From the IMG/VR virus record IMGVR_UViG_3300044730_001993, positions 1-64,000 of that record: DNA of 64,000 bases; one strand, 5' to 3'. The notes under the pieces were generated by a model that worked only from the letters and a program-made list of their open reading frames with translations, did no database searches and had not been told where the DNA came from. Shown piece after piece: positions 21,347 to 31,293 of this stretch (the stretch's first letter is position 1; the number at the start of each line of letters is the position of its first letter). A program made the position numbers and the translations under genes. Source of the DNA: a virus.

Positions 21347-21589
21347 ATGACGAACACGTCGCCCGCCGAACTCGCCGCTCAAGTCGCCGAACTCACGGAG
21401 GCGCTTCGCCTTCATCAAGAGGCACTCGCCGACTCCGCGAAGGTCAAGCACGAACTCGGTTTGGCGAAAACCTCGATCGAGGTTTACCGGGCCATGATCG
21501 CGGCTCTGAACGAGAACCTCACCGTCGCCAAGCACACCGAAGATGCCCTGCGAGCCGAGATCGCGTCGCTCCGTGGCGCGACCATCTGA
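21347..21589 (+). CDS. Coiled-coil hypothetical protein
   Basis: Heptad-like helices. Sits behind module A copy 1. Confidence 0.6.
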   Translation: MTNTSPAELAAQVAELTEALRLHQEALADSAKVKHELGLAKTSIEVYRAMIAALNENLTVAKHTEDALRAEIASLRGATI

Positions 21590-21620
21590 TACGACTCGCG
21601 GCGTTGAAGGGGCCGGGAAC

Positions 21621-21932
21621 ATGATCTACTCCGACGACGCCGTTACCGTTGTGGTCGCCGAAGTGACGGCGATCTACGCCGCGTGGCGCGAGCGCCGCAA
21701 GTTCAACGCGCGGGCGCCCGAGCCGAGCCTCACCGCAACGCTCGTCGCGGAGTACCTGCGCGACGGTGCGATCGGCGGGATGCGCCTCCGCGGGCTCGAC
21801 GACTTGGTCGAGAAGCGCCAGCGGCTCGTGGTGCACAACGCGATGGAAACTGCCGTGCGCTGCGGGCTTCTGGAGCGGAGCAAGGGCGTGGGCCTTCGCG
21901 GGCGCGAGGCCAGCGTCTACGCGCCGAAATGA
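21621..21932 (+). CDS. Duplicated hypothetical protein, copy 1 (winged-helix-like C-terminus)
   Basis: MIYSDDAVTVVVAEV...GLLERSKGVGLRGREASVYAPK. Confidence 0.75.
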   Translation: MIYSDDAVTVVVAEVTAIYAAWRERRKFNARAPEPSLTATLVAEYLRDGAIGGMRLRGLDDLVEKRQRLVVHNAMETAVRCGLLERSKGVGLRGREASVYAPK

Positions 21933-22019
21933 AATCGGCACGGCGGCGTAAGGTCGCCCGTTCTGGCGACGTAGAAGGGGCATCGAGGGCGCCGCGCCCC
22001 GAAGAAAGAATCGGACACC

Positions 22020-22268
22020 GTGAACACCGTGCAGACCCTCGCCTCGATCGCCGCTCTCTCGAACACCGACGTGACCGTCACCGCTCGCGTCACCAGCTAC
22101 GGGGTCATGGCCTCGTTTCGACCCACGACGGACGACGGCATGACGGACGAGGTTTCGTCGAGCATGCGCGAGAGCATCGCCGCCGTGATGGCCGACGCGG
22201 GTTACCTCTCGATGGGCGCCTTCGGCGACGATGATCTCGGTTGCTGCACAATGTGGATGCCCGCCTGA
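22020..22268 (+). CDS. Hypothetical protein
   Basis: GTG start after leader module C copy 1. Confidence 0.6.
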   Translation: MNTVQTLASIAALSNTDVTVTARVTSYGVMASFRPTTDDGMTDEVSSSMRESIAAVMADAGYLSMGAFGDDDLGCCTMWMPA

Positions 22269-22387
22269 GCGCCCCACTACCCACCGGCCTCCCCTGCGCG
22301 AGCACGGGAGGCTTGTTTTCAAGCACCGTGAGAGAATCGGCGGGGCAGCGTAAAGAAGCGGCGGGCGACGGGCGTATGAAGGGCACC

Positions 22388-22552
22388 ATGAAGTTCAGCG
22401 AAGAAGAAATGCGGATTCTATGGGCAGCGATCTCTGCGCACGCTGACAACGAAGAGGACATGGAAGGCACCGACGGCTACGATCAGGGCAAGATCGATGC
22501 GGCGCGCGCCCTCGCGAACCGCTTCGATGCGCGGTACGCCGAACCGCCCTGA
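22388..22552 (+). CDS. Small acidic hypothetical protein
   Basis: ATG after module A copy 2. Confidence 0.55.
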   Translation: MKFSEEEMRILWAAISAHADNEEDMEGTDGYDQGKIDAARALANRFDARYAEPP

Positions 22553-22618
22553 GCGCCGCCCGCAACAGCCGCGCACCCTTACGGGCCGCGGCTCGCCGCG
22601 TTGAAGGGACCGAAGAAC

Positions 22619-22930
22619 ATGATCTACTCCGACGACGCTGTTACCGTTGTGGTCGCAGAAGTGACGGCGATCTACGCCGCGTGGCGCGAGCGCCGCAAGT
22701 TCAACGCTCGGTTGCCCGAGCCGAGCCTCACCGCGACGCTCGTCGCGGAGTACCTGCGCGACGGTGCGATCGGCGGGATGCGCCTCCGCGGGCTCGACGA
22801 CTTGATCGAGAAGCGCCAGCGGCTCGTGGTGCACAACGCGCTGGAAACCGCCGTGCGCCGCGGGCTTCTGGAGCGGAGCAAGGGCGTGGGCCTTCGCGGG
22901 CGCGAGGCCAGCGTCTACGCGCCGAAGTGA
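22619..22930 (+). CDS. Duplicated hypothetical protein, copy 2
   Basis: Near-identical to 21621..21932, with a few substitutions. Confidence 0.75.
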   Translation: MIYSDDAVTVVVAEVTAIYAAWRERRKFNARLPEPSLTATLVAEYLRDGAIGGMRLRGLDDLIEKRQRLVVHNALETAVRRGLLERSKGVGLRGREASVYAPK

Positions 22931-23017
22931 AATCGGCGGGGCGGCGTAAGGTCGCCCGTTCTGGCGACGTACAAGTGGCATCGAGGGCGACGCGCCCCGA
23001 AGAAGGAACAGGACACC

Positions 23018-23287
23018 GTGAACACGAACAGCCGCACGCCCCGCCTCGCTCCCCTCGGGTCGCCCATCGAACTCACCTACGCCCTCATCGGCGACACCTA
23101 CGGCGCAATGCGTCAAGCGACGAGTAGGATCGTTCGTGACGGCACCATCAGCGCATACGTTCCCGAGCACGCCGCACAACTCGCCGCGTGGCTCGACTCG
23201 GACGAGTGCGTGATCCCCGCGAACCTGCGTGCGCTCGGGAGCGCCGCCGTCACCGCCGCGCAAGCGTTCGTGAGCGCGAGCAAGTAA
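23018..23287 (+). CDS. Hypothetical protein
   Basis: GTG start after leader module C copy 2. Confidence 0.6.
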   Translation: MNTNSRTPRLAPLGSPIELTYALIGDTYGAMRQATSRIVRDGTISAYVPEHAAQLAAWLDSDECVIPANLRALGSAAVTAAQAFVSASK

Positions 23288-23373
23288 ATCGGCGGGGCGC
23301 CGTAAGGTCGCCGCGAGTCGGAGCGTACAAGTGGCATCGAGGGCGTGACGCCCCGAAGAAGGAACAGGACACC

Positions 23374-23646
23374 GTGGATACCATCACCGCACCCGCATCC
23401 GTCACCGCGATGGTCGAGAAGTTCCAGAGCGATTACGTCGCTCGCAAGGCCGCGAACCGCAAGGCCCGCGAGGCCCACATCCTCGGTGCGTCCGTTTCGT
23501 TCTGCACGCTCCCGAACGGCAGAACGTTCGCTGAGTGCTTCGTCACCGGCAAGACCTACCGCGGTCGGTCCTTCTCCTACTCCGTGCAGGCGTTCGGCGC
23601 GAGCGTCGAAGAATGCCTCCCGCGTATCGCTGCGCAACTCAACTGA
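23374..23646 (+). CDS. Hypothetical protein
   Basis: GTG start after leader module C copy 3. Confidence 0.6.
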   Translation: MDTITAPASVTAMVEKFQSDYVARKAANRKAREAHILGASVSFCTLPNGRTFAECFVTGKTYRGRSFSYSVQAFGASVEECLPRIAAQLN

Positions 23647-23937
23647 CGCGCGCCCACGGCGCACGCACCCCGCCCCGTAGGCTAGCGCCGCGGGGCTTGC
23701 GGCGTTAGGAGACCCCGCCGATGCACACCGACAAGAACCTCCGCTCCGCAACCGCCGACCTTCTCGCCGCCGCGTGCGACTACAGCGCGCTCGCGCAGCG
23801 CATGGATCGCGGCTACCGCCCGTCGCCGAAAACGGTCGCGCGGGCGCTGCGGCGCCTCACCGACGCCCGTGCGCTGTTCAACGCGGCGCGGGCCGACGGC
23901 CTCGTCGCCACCGCGAAGGCGATGCTCGCGATTCTCA

Positions 23938-23968
23938 CGTAAGAACAGCCTCGCGAGCGGCGTAGAAG
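23938..23968 (+). promoter_or_regulatory. Class-1 element
   Basis: CGTAAGAA-15-CGTAGAAG, 7 nt before ATG 23976. Confidence 0.75.
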
Positions 23969-23975
23969 GGGCACC

Positions 23976-24581
23976 ATGAACACCACCGAGAAGTTCACGA
24001 AGTCCGTCCGCTCCCCCGCTACGATGCGCGAGGCGAACGACCCCATCGCCTTCGTGAATGCGCTCTTCGAGTCGCGCACGCTGCGCACTGCCGTGGAGCA
24101 GGCGCGCGAGCGCGGGTACAACACGCCCGTGTACCGCGACGGGATGCACTACTCCGTGCTCAACGCGACGTGGACGGACGCCGGTCCCGTGCCCGAGACT
24201 GAGTTCGTCGGCGGCAAAATGTGGTCGATGGCGGACGAGAAGATCGCCCGACGCAACGCCTACAAGGCACTCAAGGCGTGGGGATTTCTCGTCGATGAAG
24301 TCGAGACGTCGGATGGCCCCTGCTGCGTCGCTCGCGCGTGGTTCTCACTCGCCGCGGAGGAGGTCGTGACGCTTGCGCTCACCCTCGTGCGGCAGACGCG
24401 CTCGGCGTCGCGGGCGCTCGATCACGCCGCGTGGGCGTGGCTCGGGTACTCGCGCCGCGACGTGTCGATGGCGCTCTACGACGCCCACTCGCGCGGGTTG
24501 TGCGAGATTTACGAGAGCGGGTCGATCGTGGAGCTCCGCTTCCGCGACGAGAACGGAGCGTTCTTCGACGCGGTGGCGTGA
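23976..24581 (+). CDS. Protein with a BrxA/DUF1819-like C-terminal half
   Basis: WSMADEKIA...LKAWGFL...LDHAAWAWLGYSRRDV...AHSRGLCEIYESGSIVELRF. Clearly paralogous to the middle of 50664..51857. The BrxA resemblance is from memory. Confidence 0.5.
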   Translation: MNTTEKFTKSVRSPATMREANDPIAFVNALFESRTLRTAVEQARERGYNTPVYRDGMHYSVLNATWTDAGPVPETEFVGGKMWSMADEKIARRNAYKALKAWGFLVDEVETSDGPCCVARAWFSLAAEEVVTLALTLVRQTRSASRALDHAAWAWLGYSRRDVSMALYDAHSRGLCEIYESGSIVELRFRDENGAFFDAVA

Positions 24582-24582
24582 C

Positions 24583-24891
24583 TCACCGCGGGAGTTTCCC
24601 GCGACCGTACTTCGCGCCCGCCGTGCGGAGACTATCGATAAACGACGGGCCGCGCTCGGGGATGTTCTCCATGCGGTACACCTCGCGGTCGAGCGCATTC
24701 AACTGCGCAGCGTACCTCGACACCGAGGGCCAGTCGCGTCGCTCCAGCGCGATCGTGAGCGCCTCGTGGGCGTCGGAGGCTTGCCAGCGAAGGCTCGCGA
24801 GCCGCGATGCGTGCGACGTGACGTTCATCGGGCGCGTGCCGCGCTTGCGCTTCGGGTTGTGCGCCGCGGTGCGCTTCTTCGAGGTTGCCAT
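24583..24891 (-). CDS. Hypothetical protein with a basic KKRTAAHNP leader
   Basis: Promoter and start region nearly identical to that of 1863..2378. Confidence 0.6.
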   Translation of the reverse strand: MATSKKRTAAHNPKRKRGTRPMNVTSHASRLASLRWQASDAHEALTIALERRDWPSVSRYAAQLNALDREVYRMENIPERGPSFIDSLRTAGAKYGRGKLPR

Positions 24892-24987
24892 GCCGTGACA
24901 CTACACGAACGCAGCACCCCGCGCAATCGGCGAACAATCGCACACGGGCCGTAAGGTCGGCGGCGCTCGATGCGTAGAAGGGGCACT

Positions 24988-25320
24988 ATGAACGACGACG
25001 CATTCACCCTCGATATGATCGCCGCACTGCGCGAACTCGCGGACTGGAACTAGCGCGAGGAGGCCGAGTGCACGCTGCCTCGCAACACCTCGTTCGGCCT
25101 TCTGCGAGCGCGTGGTCTCGTCGCGACGAACACTACGGTTTGCGTGCACTACCATCGAAGCACGGGTGAGACGACTTCGTTCGTCTCGCTCCGCGCGTGG
25201 CTCACGCCGAAGGGCCGCGCTGCGTGCGAGGCCATCTTCGGGATCACGCCAGTAGCGGACCGTCCCGACGCCGACGCGATACGCGCCGCCGAGCCAGTTT
25301 CCGTCACGAAGAACTACTGA
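24988..25320 (+). pseudogene. Winged-helix-like gene interrupted by an in-frame TAG at 25051-25053
   Basis: MNDDAFTLDMIAALREL..WN*REE...LLRARGLV...AWLTPKGRAA. Intact class-1 promoter at 24936-24980. Confidence 0.7.
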
Positions 25321-25333
25321 CGGCGAACGTCCG

Positions 25334-25879
25334 CTAGTGCACCGACTCGGGTGCGTCGCCGCGCTCGATGCGCGCCTTGATCTGCTTGCAGATCGCGGTG
25401 AGCGTGTCGGGCGCGAGCGGCTTCTCGTACGCGCCCATCGCGCTCACTGTCCGCGCTGCACGTTCCAGTTCGTCGGGCATCGCGCCGGTCACGAAGTACA
25501 CCGCGACGCCGCGGGGGAGCGCGTGGGCCACGGTGATGCCGTTGTGCTGCGCGTGGCGGAGGTCGAGGTCGATGATCGCCGCCGCGAAGTCGCCCACGTC
25601 GGCCCGCTGCGCCGCGTACATCGCGTCGTCGGCGGTGCAGCACACGACCGTTTTCGTCCCCGTCTCCTCGCCGACGATCCCCGCGAGTTGCGTCGCGAGA
25701 AACTCGTCGTCTTCCACGATCAGCACACGGGGCTGCGGGTGAAGCGCCTCGATCACGGCGTGCAAGCGCGCGATGCTCTCGGTGAGCGTCCCGATCGCAG
25801 CGTTCTTCGCGTTGAGTGCCCTCGCGTATCGGGCCGCGAGGTCGTCGGTGATGGGGTCGGTTTGTGCGTCGGCGGACAT
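25334..25879 (-). CDS. Response-regulator receiver-domain protein with an N-terminal coiled coil
   Basis: RVLIVEDD...AAIIDLDL...NGITV...YFVTG...AYEKP. Confidence 0.85.
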   Translation of the reverse strand: MSADAQTDPITDDLAARYARALNAKNAAIGTLTESIARLHAVIEALHPQPRVLIVEDDEFLATQLAGIVGEETGTKTVVCCTADDAMYAAQRADVGDFAAAIIDLDLRHAQHNGITVAHALPRGVAVYFVTGAMPDELERAARTVSAMGAYEKPLAPDTLTAICKQIKARIERGDAPESVH

Positions 25880-26257
25880 CTAGCGTTTGCCTCTCGGCAA
25901 TGATTCAATTACGCGGGCGGCGCTGTCAAGCGCGGCAATACCCTTAGTGATGCTCTCCATCTCGTCGATGCGCTGCTCGGTGACGCGCGCGAGAGCCTCC
26001 GCATGCGACGTTTGCAAGGCTTGCACAGTCGCCGCATGGGCCGCGTGAATCGCTTGAACTCTATCGCCGTGCTCCTTGTCGCGCGCGTGGATCGCCTCGT
26101 GCAGCGCGGTGTTCTGCCGCGCGTGGTAGACCACCACGCCGATCAGAACCCCGATGACCGCCTTCGATCCGCCCGCGTCGATCACCGCCCACAACGCGGG
26201 TGAGACCTGCGCGAGAAATGGTAGCGCGGGGAGCATGGGCACGAGTGTTTCGAGCAT
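25880..26257 (-). CDS. Membrane protein with a coiled coil (holin-like architecture)
   Basis: TM segment AVIGVLIGVVVY followed by an amphipathic helix. Abuts the receiver gene. Confidence 0.5.
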   Translation of the reverse strand: MLETLVPMLPALPFLAQVSPALWAVIDAGGSKAVIGVLIGVVVYHARQNTALHEAIHARDKEHGDRVQAIHAAHAATVQALQTSHAEALARVTEQRIDEMESITKGIAALDSAARVIESLPRGKR

Positions 26258-27898
26258 TACGCGAACCACGATAACACACGCGCGGCGCGGTTGAATAGTG
26301 CGAACGGTGGTCCCGTCTCACCCACCATGCAGCATCAAACTGGCGATTTACACACCGCGGCGCACGACGACAGCGACGTTTCGACCGCCCACCGGCACCA
26401 GAGGATGCCCGACGTGCCGTTCCCGGCGCGCGGGGCGCGACTCTCGCGGCAACTCGCCGCCGCAGCCGCCGTGCGTACGGTGACGCTCGCGGCCCTCCGT
26501 ACGGCGGCACGCGCGCTCCGCACGGTGCAGAAGAACCCGCTCTCGTTTCCGATCGCTACGCGTCTCGAAGCGCAGGGCGAGGTAGACGACTTGCTCGCGA
26601 CGCTCGCCGACCTCGACGATCTCGTGAGCGGCAAGAAGACTCGCGTCGGCGGGCGCGACGTCGATGAATAAAACGCCGCGCCGAACGTCTATACGTGCGA
26701 TGGAACCTCGACACGGCGTACGTTTCACCTCCCCCGAAGGCGCGAGGGTCACCGTTCTGGTTGACGGGGAGTTCCGCGCCAGCGACGTGACCGTGTGCGT
26801 CGGAGGGCGTACGCTCTCCGCGGGCAACGCCACGGTGGAACGGGTCGCCACGCGGCACGGGGCGGTGTTCTCCGAGGCGGTGGCGACGCTCCTCGCGAAG
26901 CACGCTGCGATCGTTCGCGAGGCGTGCGACGGGGCCATGCGCTACGACGGCGCGCTCGTGTGCGACGCGCTCGACGCCGTAGAGTGCGAGGTGAGGGAGA
27001 AGTGCGGCCCCGAGGATCGCGAGGCGTGCGCGCAGATGATCGTCGCCCGTGCGATGATCCCCACGGTGGTGCCGTGAGCGCGATCGTCGAGGGCTTCGGG
27101 TGGCTTCTGATTTCGGTCGGCGTTCTCAGCGCGATTCGCGGGTGGTTCGTCGGAGGCGCGAAGTGAAACGTCCGTCCATCAGCGATTCAAGCGATCCCGA
27201 CGATCGCCACATCTGCGATAACGCCGCCGCGGACTACCGGGATTATGAGTCGCATCTTCGCGACGCGATCCGGCAAGCGACGGAGGCGCTGGCCTTCTGG
27301 CATGAGCACGGCGAACCGATCCCAGGACTCCTCGTGGATGCGCAACGTTCGATCGGTGCAGCTATCGTCAAGGGCGCCTACATCACCGCGCGGGCGCCGT
27401 TCGTTTCCGAAGAGGATCACGCGCGGTTCAAGATGTTCGGCGCGAAGCGCAACGGTCGCAAGGTCGGTGAGGTGGTCAAGTGACGGCAAGAAGAATCATC
27501 ACGCCCAACGAGGCGCTGGCGATCGAACTGCGGCATCCGTGCGACCCGGATACGTTCGCCGATCTGGCGTTCACCGTCGCTTCGACCGGCGATGAACTCG
27601 CGAGACTCGACGACGTTCTGCGCTCCGTGGCGCACCACGGCGTCGTGCTCACGCTCGACGACGGATCGACGGTCGTGCGAGGACACCCGTGGATCGATGC
27701 GCCGACCCATGAAGGCTTCTGGTGGATTCTCACCCCCGACGGCAAGCGCGACGTGGTGCGCGTGGCGTTCTTCGGAACGTCGTGTGAGTACGTCGAGATC
27801 AACGACACGCGCGGGCACTTCCATATGCCTCCCGACGGCGCGCGGTGGCAAGCGATCGACACGCCCACCGTCCCGTCCGCGGCAAGCGAGGAGCAGCG

Positions 27899-28645
27899 AT
27901 GAAGCCCGAAGAACAACTGCGCGAGCGCATCACGGCGGCGCTGCAATCGAGGCACGCGACCGACTCGGTGCGCGTCACGACGAACGTCAACGTACTCTCG
28001 GTGCCAACCGACGCAACGGGCATGGGTACGGCGCTGCGAACGTACCTGTTCCTCGAACGGGCGATGGTCGAACTCGACGGCATCAACCCGAAGGTCGCCG
28101 ACGATCTCCGCGACCGCATGGACACGATCTGGCACGCCCTCACGGAGAGCGAGCGCGCGCTGCTCGACGCCCGCACCGAAGGCGCGTGGAGCGCCTGCGC
28201 CGTGGTGGGTCTCGACCACGATCGGACCACCGTTTCGCACCGGGAGAGCGAACTCGACGCGCTCGTGTCGCTCGCAATCGCGCTCGGCCTCGACGCCGAC
28301 GGCACGGACCCGCGGGCCACGATCGTTACGCTCACGGCCGAGCGTGACGCCGCGGTAGCGCGAGTCGATCGCCTGCGCGCCGACTCCGCCGACTACGAAG
28401 TTCTACTCGGTGACGCGATCGAGGCACTCAGGGCCACGATCGACGAGCGTGACGCTGCTCTCGCCGACGCTGCGGCGCTGCGCCTCGCGGCGCGGGCGTA
28501 CTTCGCCACGATCGACAACGCGCCGCCGTTCGGCGCTGGCGATCGATCGCTGCGCGAGCACGATGCGCAGTGCAAGAAAACCGCACACACGCTCGCCGTT
28601 CTGGCGGGCGCGCGAGTGCCGCAACGGAACGACGAGGAACGATGA
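27899..28645 (+). CDS. Coiled-coil hypothetical protein
   Basis: AERDAA repeats. Part of a run of overlapping + strand ORFs. Confidence 0.6.
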   Translation: MKPEEQLRERITAALQSRHATDSVRVTTNVNVLSVPTDATGMGTALRTYLFLERAMVELDGINPKVADDLRDRMDTIWHALTESERALLDARTEGAWSACAVVGLDHDRTTVSHRESELDALVSLAIALGLDADGTDPRATIVTLTAERDAAVARVDRLRADSADYEVLLGDAIEALRATIDERDAALADAAALRLAARAYFATIDNAPPFGAGDRSLREHDAQCKKTAHTLAVLAGARVPQRNDEER

Positions 28646-29211
28646 CGATTCCCCTGAAGATCAAGGCGGTGTGTCTCTCGACCGGCTACGCCGAAGGTCT
28701 GCGATCGACGGTGATGTTCGTGTGGTGGACGGGCAAGCCGTTCACCAGCGCGATCGACGCCGTGCGCTCGCTCGTGGCGGAGTTCCTGCGCGTGTGCGCG
28801 GCCCCGAACACGCCTCGCAAGGCGTGCTGCAACGACGTTCTCGCCGCGAAGCCGAACGCGAAGGCGTGCCCCGACTGCGGAGCGATGCTCACTGGCAAGC
28901 CGCACGATGCCGTGATGACCGACGTTTTCGACTGCGTGTGGCGCACCGACTGCGACGGCTGGTCCGCCGCGACCGACCCGCACATCGTCGACCGTGACGA
29001 AGAGCACGGGATTCTCGGAGGGTGGCGGTTCTTCGTTGGGATGCCCGCCGACTGCGACGTGGTGAACGTCGACAACTTCGACGCGCTCATCCGCGAAGAC
29101 AAGCGCGCCCGCGAGGTGGATTTCACCGTGACGCACGTCGGCAAGCGGGCGACGCGAGCGTCGGCCCGTGGCAAGGTCGCGCCGACCGACGTGGCGGGAG
29201 TGGCGACGTGA
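28642..29211 (+). CDS. Zn-ribbon-containing hypothetical protein
   Basis: CC...KACPDCG. Confidence 0.6.
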   Translation: MTIPLKIKAVCLSTGYAEGLRSTVMFVWWTGKPFTSAIDAVRSLVAEFLRVCAAPNTPRKACCNDVLAAKPNAKACPDCGAMLTGKPHDAVMTDVFDCVWRTDCDGWSAATDPHIVDRDEEHGILGGWRFFVGMPADCDVVNVDNFDALIREDKRAREVDFTVTHVGKRATRASARGKVAPTDVAGVAT

Positions 29212-29535
29212 CCTTCATCGACGAACAGGAATTCGAGCGGTTCAGCGACTCCGAACGGCTCGCGAAACTCAACCAGTTCGCCGCCGAGAACCGGCGCCTT
29301 CGTCAAATCCTCGACGGCGTTTCGCGCGCGACGAACACGAAGGGCGCGATCGTGGAACTCTTCGGTGCGATCGACCCCGGAGGGCGCGATGCGATCGGCA
29401 TTTTGGTGTGCCGCCCCGACGTTGACGAGGCGGCGTTTATCGAGACGCTCAAGGAGTCGCTCGCCGCCCTGCTCGGCGCGGGCAGCGCCGACGTGACGTA
29501 CGGCCCGACGAGAGTCACGGGCATCGAGGAAGAAC

Positions 29536-30396
29536 GTGGCCCGCAATAAGCACCCCACCGATTCCGACCGTCACGCTTGCGTCGCGGTCGCCGACCTCGC
29601 CGCGACGTGGTGCGGCACCACGCAACTCACCGTCGCCGTTTCCGTGCTGCGCGGCTTCGTGACGGGCGGTCGCACCCGTAAGGACTGCGAACGTGAAACG
29701 CTCGCGATCACCGGCCCGATGGGCTTCGGCCCGTACGGGTTCATCCCCGACGATCAACGGGCGCAGCCCGCAGCGAACGCACTCAAGAATGCTCGCGATG
29801 CGTTTCTGCGCGCGTTCGAGGTGTGTTGCTGCGTGCCGCCCGAGTCGCTCAACGCGAAGGAGTGGGCGAAGATCGAGCGCGCGATTCTCGGTCACGTCGA
29901 GAACACGGGCACCCTCGTCGGGCTCGCGAACGCGATCGACACCGCACGCTCGACGTGGGACGGCGCTTCGTCGTCCGCACTCGTCGTGCGTGGTTCCATG
30001 CCGACGCCGCACTCGACGGAGCACGCGCGGCTCATCCTGCGCGGGCAACTCGTCGAGCGCATGAGGCTGCGACGCAAACTCTCCCCCGAGGCGTTGATCG
30101 TCACGATCAAGGAGGCGGGAGGCGATTTCTCGGTGGGGCAACTCAAGCGCGTCGAGAACGGCACCGCGGCACCGGCAACGGCCCGCAACGACGCGCTCAC
30201 CCGTGCGCTCGGGTGCGAGCCATCGTGGGCCGACGACGTAGAGACGCAGGCTTACGCGCTCGCGGAGAAGTTCGCGGGGCTCGTGGCTCACGTTCGCGGG
30301 GATCGCTGGTTCGCCGACGTAGCGGCGCGTGACGGCGACGACGTGGCGTCGGCGATCACGCTCTGCGCGCTCGTTTCTACGCTGCGTAACTCGTGA
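29536..30396 (+). CDS. Protein with a C-terminal XRE-like HTH
   Basis: GQLVERMRLRRKLSPEAL...SVGQLKRVENG...LTRALG. Confidence 0.6.
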   Translation: MARNKHPTDSDRHACVAVADLAATWCGTTQLTVAVSVLRGFVTGGRTRKDCERETLAITGPMGFGPYGFIPDDQRAQPAANALKNARDAFLRAFEVCCCVPPESLNAKEWAKIERAILGHVENTGTLVGLANAIDTARSTWDGASSSALVVRGSMPTPHSTEHARLILRGQLVERMRLRRKLSPEALIVTIKEAGGDFSVGQLKRVENGTAAPATARNDALTRALGCEPSWADDVETQAYALAEKFAGLVAHVRGDRWFADVAARDGDDVASAITLCALVSTLRNS

Positions 30397-31232
30397 GCAA
30401 CGCACTCCGCACTTGCCTCGACGCGCTTCGTTACGGGGCAGCATCGACAATCCACGTCGCGTCCGGCATCGGACTCGCGCTGCACCTCACGCGCGAAAAC
30501 CCCGTCGTGGTCGGACTCGTCGCAGCGATGCGCTCCGGCGCCGACTCGCACGCAATCGTCGCGCGGGAGTTGCTCTCGCTCGCGGCAGACGGCGGCGATC
30601 CCGCATACGCGCACCAGTACGACGCGGCGATGTTCGCGTTGCTCTACGCGCTCGACGAAGTGGCGCCGTCGGTTGCGCTCGCGACGGTGAGTGCGCCGTG
30701 GCCCGACGCGATTCTGCGCGCATCGTGGACGCGCGGATTTGCGACGCGCATCCTGAATAACGGGCGACGTTCGCCCGTTCAACACTCGGAAGGTAGGACG
30801 AACACAATGTCGACGATTACCAGTGAATCCAGTCTTAGCGAGTGCGGCTTCTCTCAGCGGGCGCTCGACGCGCTCTCCGGTCTCGGGCTCGGCCCCGACG
30901 CCGCGGTGGCGTCGCTCGCCAGCATCGACGTGAAGACGTGCGGGGCGAAGAAGGCCGTGCTCTCGGAGCTCCAGCGCGCCGCGCAGGCCGCGGGCCTCTC
31001 GCTCCAGAACGCCGAGGGGCTCGTCCGCAAGACCCGCGAACCGAAGGAGCCCTCCGAGGTGTCGGAGCTCCCGACTACGGCGAAGATCGTGTCGCTCACC
31101 CTCTCCGACGAAGGGGTGGTGGTCACGCTCGACGCCGACGGCCAGCGGTTCGAGTACACCGAGGGCGCAGAGAAGGCCGCGACGCTGCGGCTCGGCGGCG
31201 TCGGTCGCATCGCGTTCGTGCCCGCGGGCTGA
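30393..31232 (+). CDS. Two-part ORF. The second part (ATG 30807) resembles the RNA polymerase alpha C-terminal domain
   Basis: SLSECGFSQRALDALSGLGL...AKKAVLSELQRAAQAAGLSL versus the alpha-CTD pattern IDDLELTVRSANCL...GKKSLTEIKDVLASRGLSL. Internal promoter at 30753-30783. Confidence 0.5.
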   Translation: MSNALRTCLDALRYGAASTIHVASGIGLALHLTRENPVVVGLVAAMRSGADSHAIVARELLSLAADGGDPAYAHQYDAAMFALLYALDEVAPSVALATVSAPWPDAILRASWTRGFATRILNNGRRSPVQHSEGRTNTMSTITSESSLSECGFSQRALDALSGLGLGPDAAVASLASIDVKTCGAKKAVLSELQRAAQAAGLSLQNAEGLVRKTREPKEPSEVSELPTTAKIVSLTLSDEGVVVTLDADGQRFEYTEGAEKAATLRLGGVGRIAFVPAG

Positions 31233-31293
31233 TCTTCTCACTCCCCACCAGAACGGCACGCGGCGGAGCGTCGGACTCCGCCGCGTTTCCGTT

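Larger units (their letters stand above)
21267..23376 (+). repeat. Tandem mosaic repeat: conserved promoter/leader modules and one duplicated gene alternating with unrelated ORFs
   Basis: 21267-21349 matches 22310-22390. 21621-22022 matches 22619-23020. A third copy of the leader is at 23285-23376. Confidence 0.9.

Noticed and set aside
21621-22930. Diversity-generating retroelement TR/VR pair
   Set aside because: No reverse transcriptase in the window. The differences between copies are few and not adenine-specific.
761-24980. Integron with class-1 elements as attC sites
   Set aside because: The elements lack RYYYAAC/GTTRRRY inverted ends and have promoter-like fixed spacing. I did not recognise the IntI-specific insertion in the recombinase.
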